Source of the DNA: Octopus sinensis
Taxonomy: Eukaryota
Assembly (NCBI RefSeq): GCF_006345805.1
Contig: NC_043007.1
Location: 4,216,001 to 4,280,000 of the forward strand
Direction of reading: 5' to 3'
Length of the DNA: 64,000 bases
Shown here: one piece after another, positions 62,349 through 64,000 of the stretch
How positions within the stretch are numbered: position 1 is the first letter of the stretch
Layout: each line of letters starts with the position of its first letter
Notes under the pieces: model-generated
The model's database searches: none
Told to the model about the DNA's origin: nothing
The model's input: only the letters and a program-made list of their open reading frames with translations
Program-made: the position numbers and the translations under genes

Positions 62349-63400
62349 AAGAGACGAATAAGAGGAAATTCTGGAAGCCATGTAAAATCTAAAAATTTGT
62401 TTGAAGGAGAACTAAGAGAAAAATATATAAATAGGTGATTAATGGCTTATAGATAGAAGTTTAGAGAGAACTTAAGAGGGTTCTTGTGATGAAGATAGAA
62501 CTAAGATCAGAAAAATATAACAACATAATTCTCAGAAATTGCAATATTTATTACTTTAGAAAAGAAAGAAATATTCTGAATGTCTGAAATGCAATAGAAA
62601 CCCCCAAGATCCAAATTAAAAACAAAAATTGGAAGAACAACTAAGCAAGAATGAAGAGCAAATGATGGAAATTTAATGGATGGAAGAAAATAATCTATAT
62701 AGAAATTGCTTTGGATAAGAATATACTAAGAATATTCAGTGGTAAAAGAGAGAAATGGTACCAAGTTGTACAGTGTTAGGAATGGAGAATGAGTATTTAT
62801 AAAAATCTAATAATACATTGATGATTTAGGTGGTTACTGATACGAATTGAGAGAGACTTCTATCTGAACAGTAAACTAATAAGAACCGGTTGTGTGAAAG
62901 AAAGAAATTAGAATTTGAAGAAATGAAAGATTGCTGTGATTACAAGTGTTGCCTAGATAAAACCATTACTTCTGCAAGACAAGTGTAACTTTAATAGATA
63001 ATAGATAAAAATGATATGGATCTTCGATATGGGAAAACAATCTAGAATGTGAAGAGCTATTGATACTCTTATCAGATAAAGGAGTAGAAGAGTCAAAATT
63101 ACATTGAAGATTAACCACTCCTTTACATTAAGCACATTGGTACACGTTAAAGAGAGAAGCGAGGAAATTTTAAATATTTATTTATTTGTCATGAGAAACA
63201 AAATGATTGAGTGAAAAGGGTACTAGATGCAAGAAAGTTATGGCTTAGTAGTACATCAGGAAGAAATGATGAGATACTGTAAACTGATGAAGTTGTTAAT
63301 TCATTGCTTACTCCAAGAGATTTATTGTCTCTAGGAAATGTGCTCAGTTCTGGTTATTAGTGTTTAATGAGCTAGAGACTGGACAACACAACTTTAGTGG
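59900..63400 (+). mobile_element. Cluster of highly decayed R4/Dong-like RT fragments, interrupted by SINE and microsatellites
   Basis: KDWSVLGIDGTDSYCWK at about 60420-60470 (NW.APG.DG...W.K), KLMKAINFSVIPAA..LDKIV at about 61885-62000, YIDDL at about 62812, and YIRRND-like text at about 63250. Confidence 0.55.
62315..62345. repeat. (GAA)n microsatellite
   Basis: Direct reading. Confidence 0.9.
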
Positions 63401-64000
63401 TATGTTACTAAAACCTAGTTTTTGTTGTCTAGCCCCAGGCCAGCCCTGATCAGGTTGACTAATTATCACATCTTTTTAAGGTGGTAGGGTGTGGTTTAAA
63501 GGAGATTTGGATATTAATTTAACAGGTCAAGCAATTACATTGAGACTTCCTCACTGGTCCATAAAAACCTTATATTCTGTTAAGAGGAAGATTCATCTCT
63601 TATCTTACTTAGCAATACAGATACAAGAATTTACCTCCAACCTTATGTTTCTTTGAGGCTCCCGAAGGAATTAACTCTTGATGACCTTCTAAGATAAAAG
63701 GTTAAAATTATATAGAAAATTTAGTCGACCTTTGATTGGAGCCTCACCTACTTTGAAAAGAGGAAGCATGCACAGTTCAGTAATTCAGTCATTGTGAAGA
63801 AGAAACTGATTAAATAGATGAATATCAGGTGAGAGAATACAATCGCATCATAGGTAAAAGAAAATTTCAGTAAAATAGGAGAACCTAATCAGAATCTGAA
63901 TTTTATCTTATCTCGATTATCAGAAAACTAACAACATAGTTCTACAAGTTAACAGTTGGTAGCAAAATGTGTTAAAGAATGCCAGGAGGAGAGAAAATAT

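Overview
Repeat-saturated, AT-rich eukaryotic non-coding DNA (intron or intergenic). The repeat repertoire looks like a cephalopod, most likely Octopus; this is recognition from memory, not a database result. I found no convincing host-gene exon, tRNA/rRNA gene or CRISPR array. Nearly all ORFs in the track are translated microsatellites or decayed transposon ORFs. The window holds: decayed non-LTR retrotransposons (RTE clade with a PHD-like Cys/His module inside the RT, L1/Tx1-like, R4/Dong-like restriction-like-endonuclease type, possible CR1); an internally deleted mariner; piggyBac-type and other MITEs; several tRNA-derived SINE families, some with clean TSDs; many 5'-truncated RTE 3'UTR modules with (GAT)n tails; and dense micro/minisatellites. 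The most interesting signal is a set of Penelope-type repeats carrying minimal type I hammerhead ribozyme folds. One at 3178-3227 looks structurally complete, with a swapped G3-C8 core pair, and sits in a TSD-flanked palindrome. A tail-to-tail pair with a U4C core lies at 2401-2564, and a copy one substitution from canonical lies at 202-236. Inverted repeat pairs that could form long dsRNA (possible ADAR substrates) are also notable.
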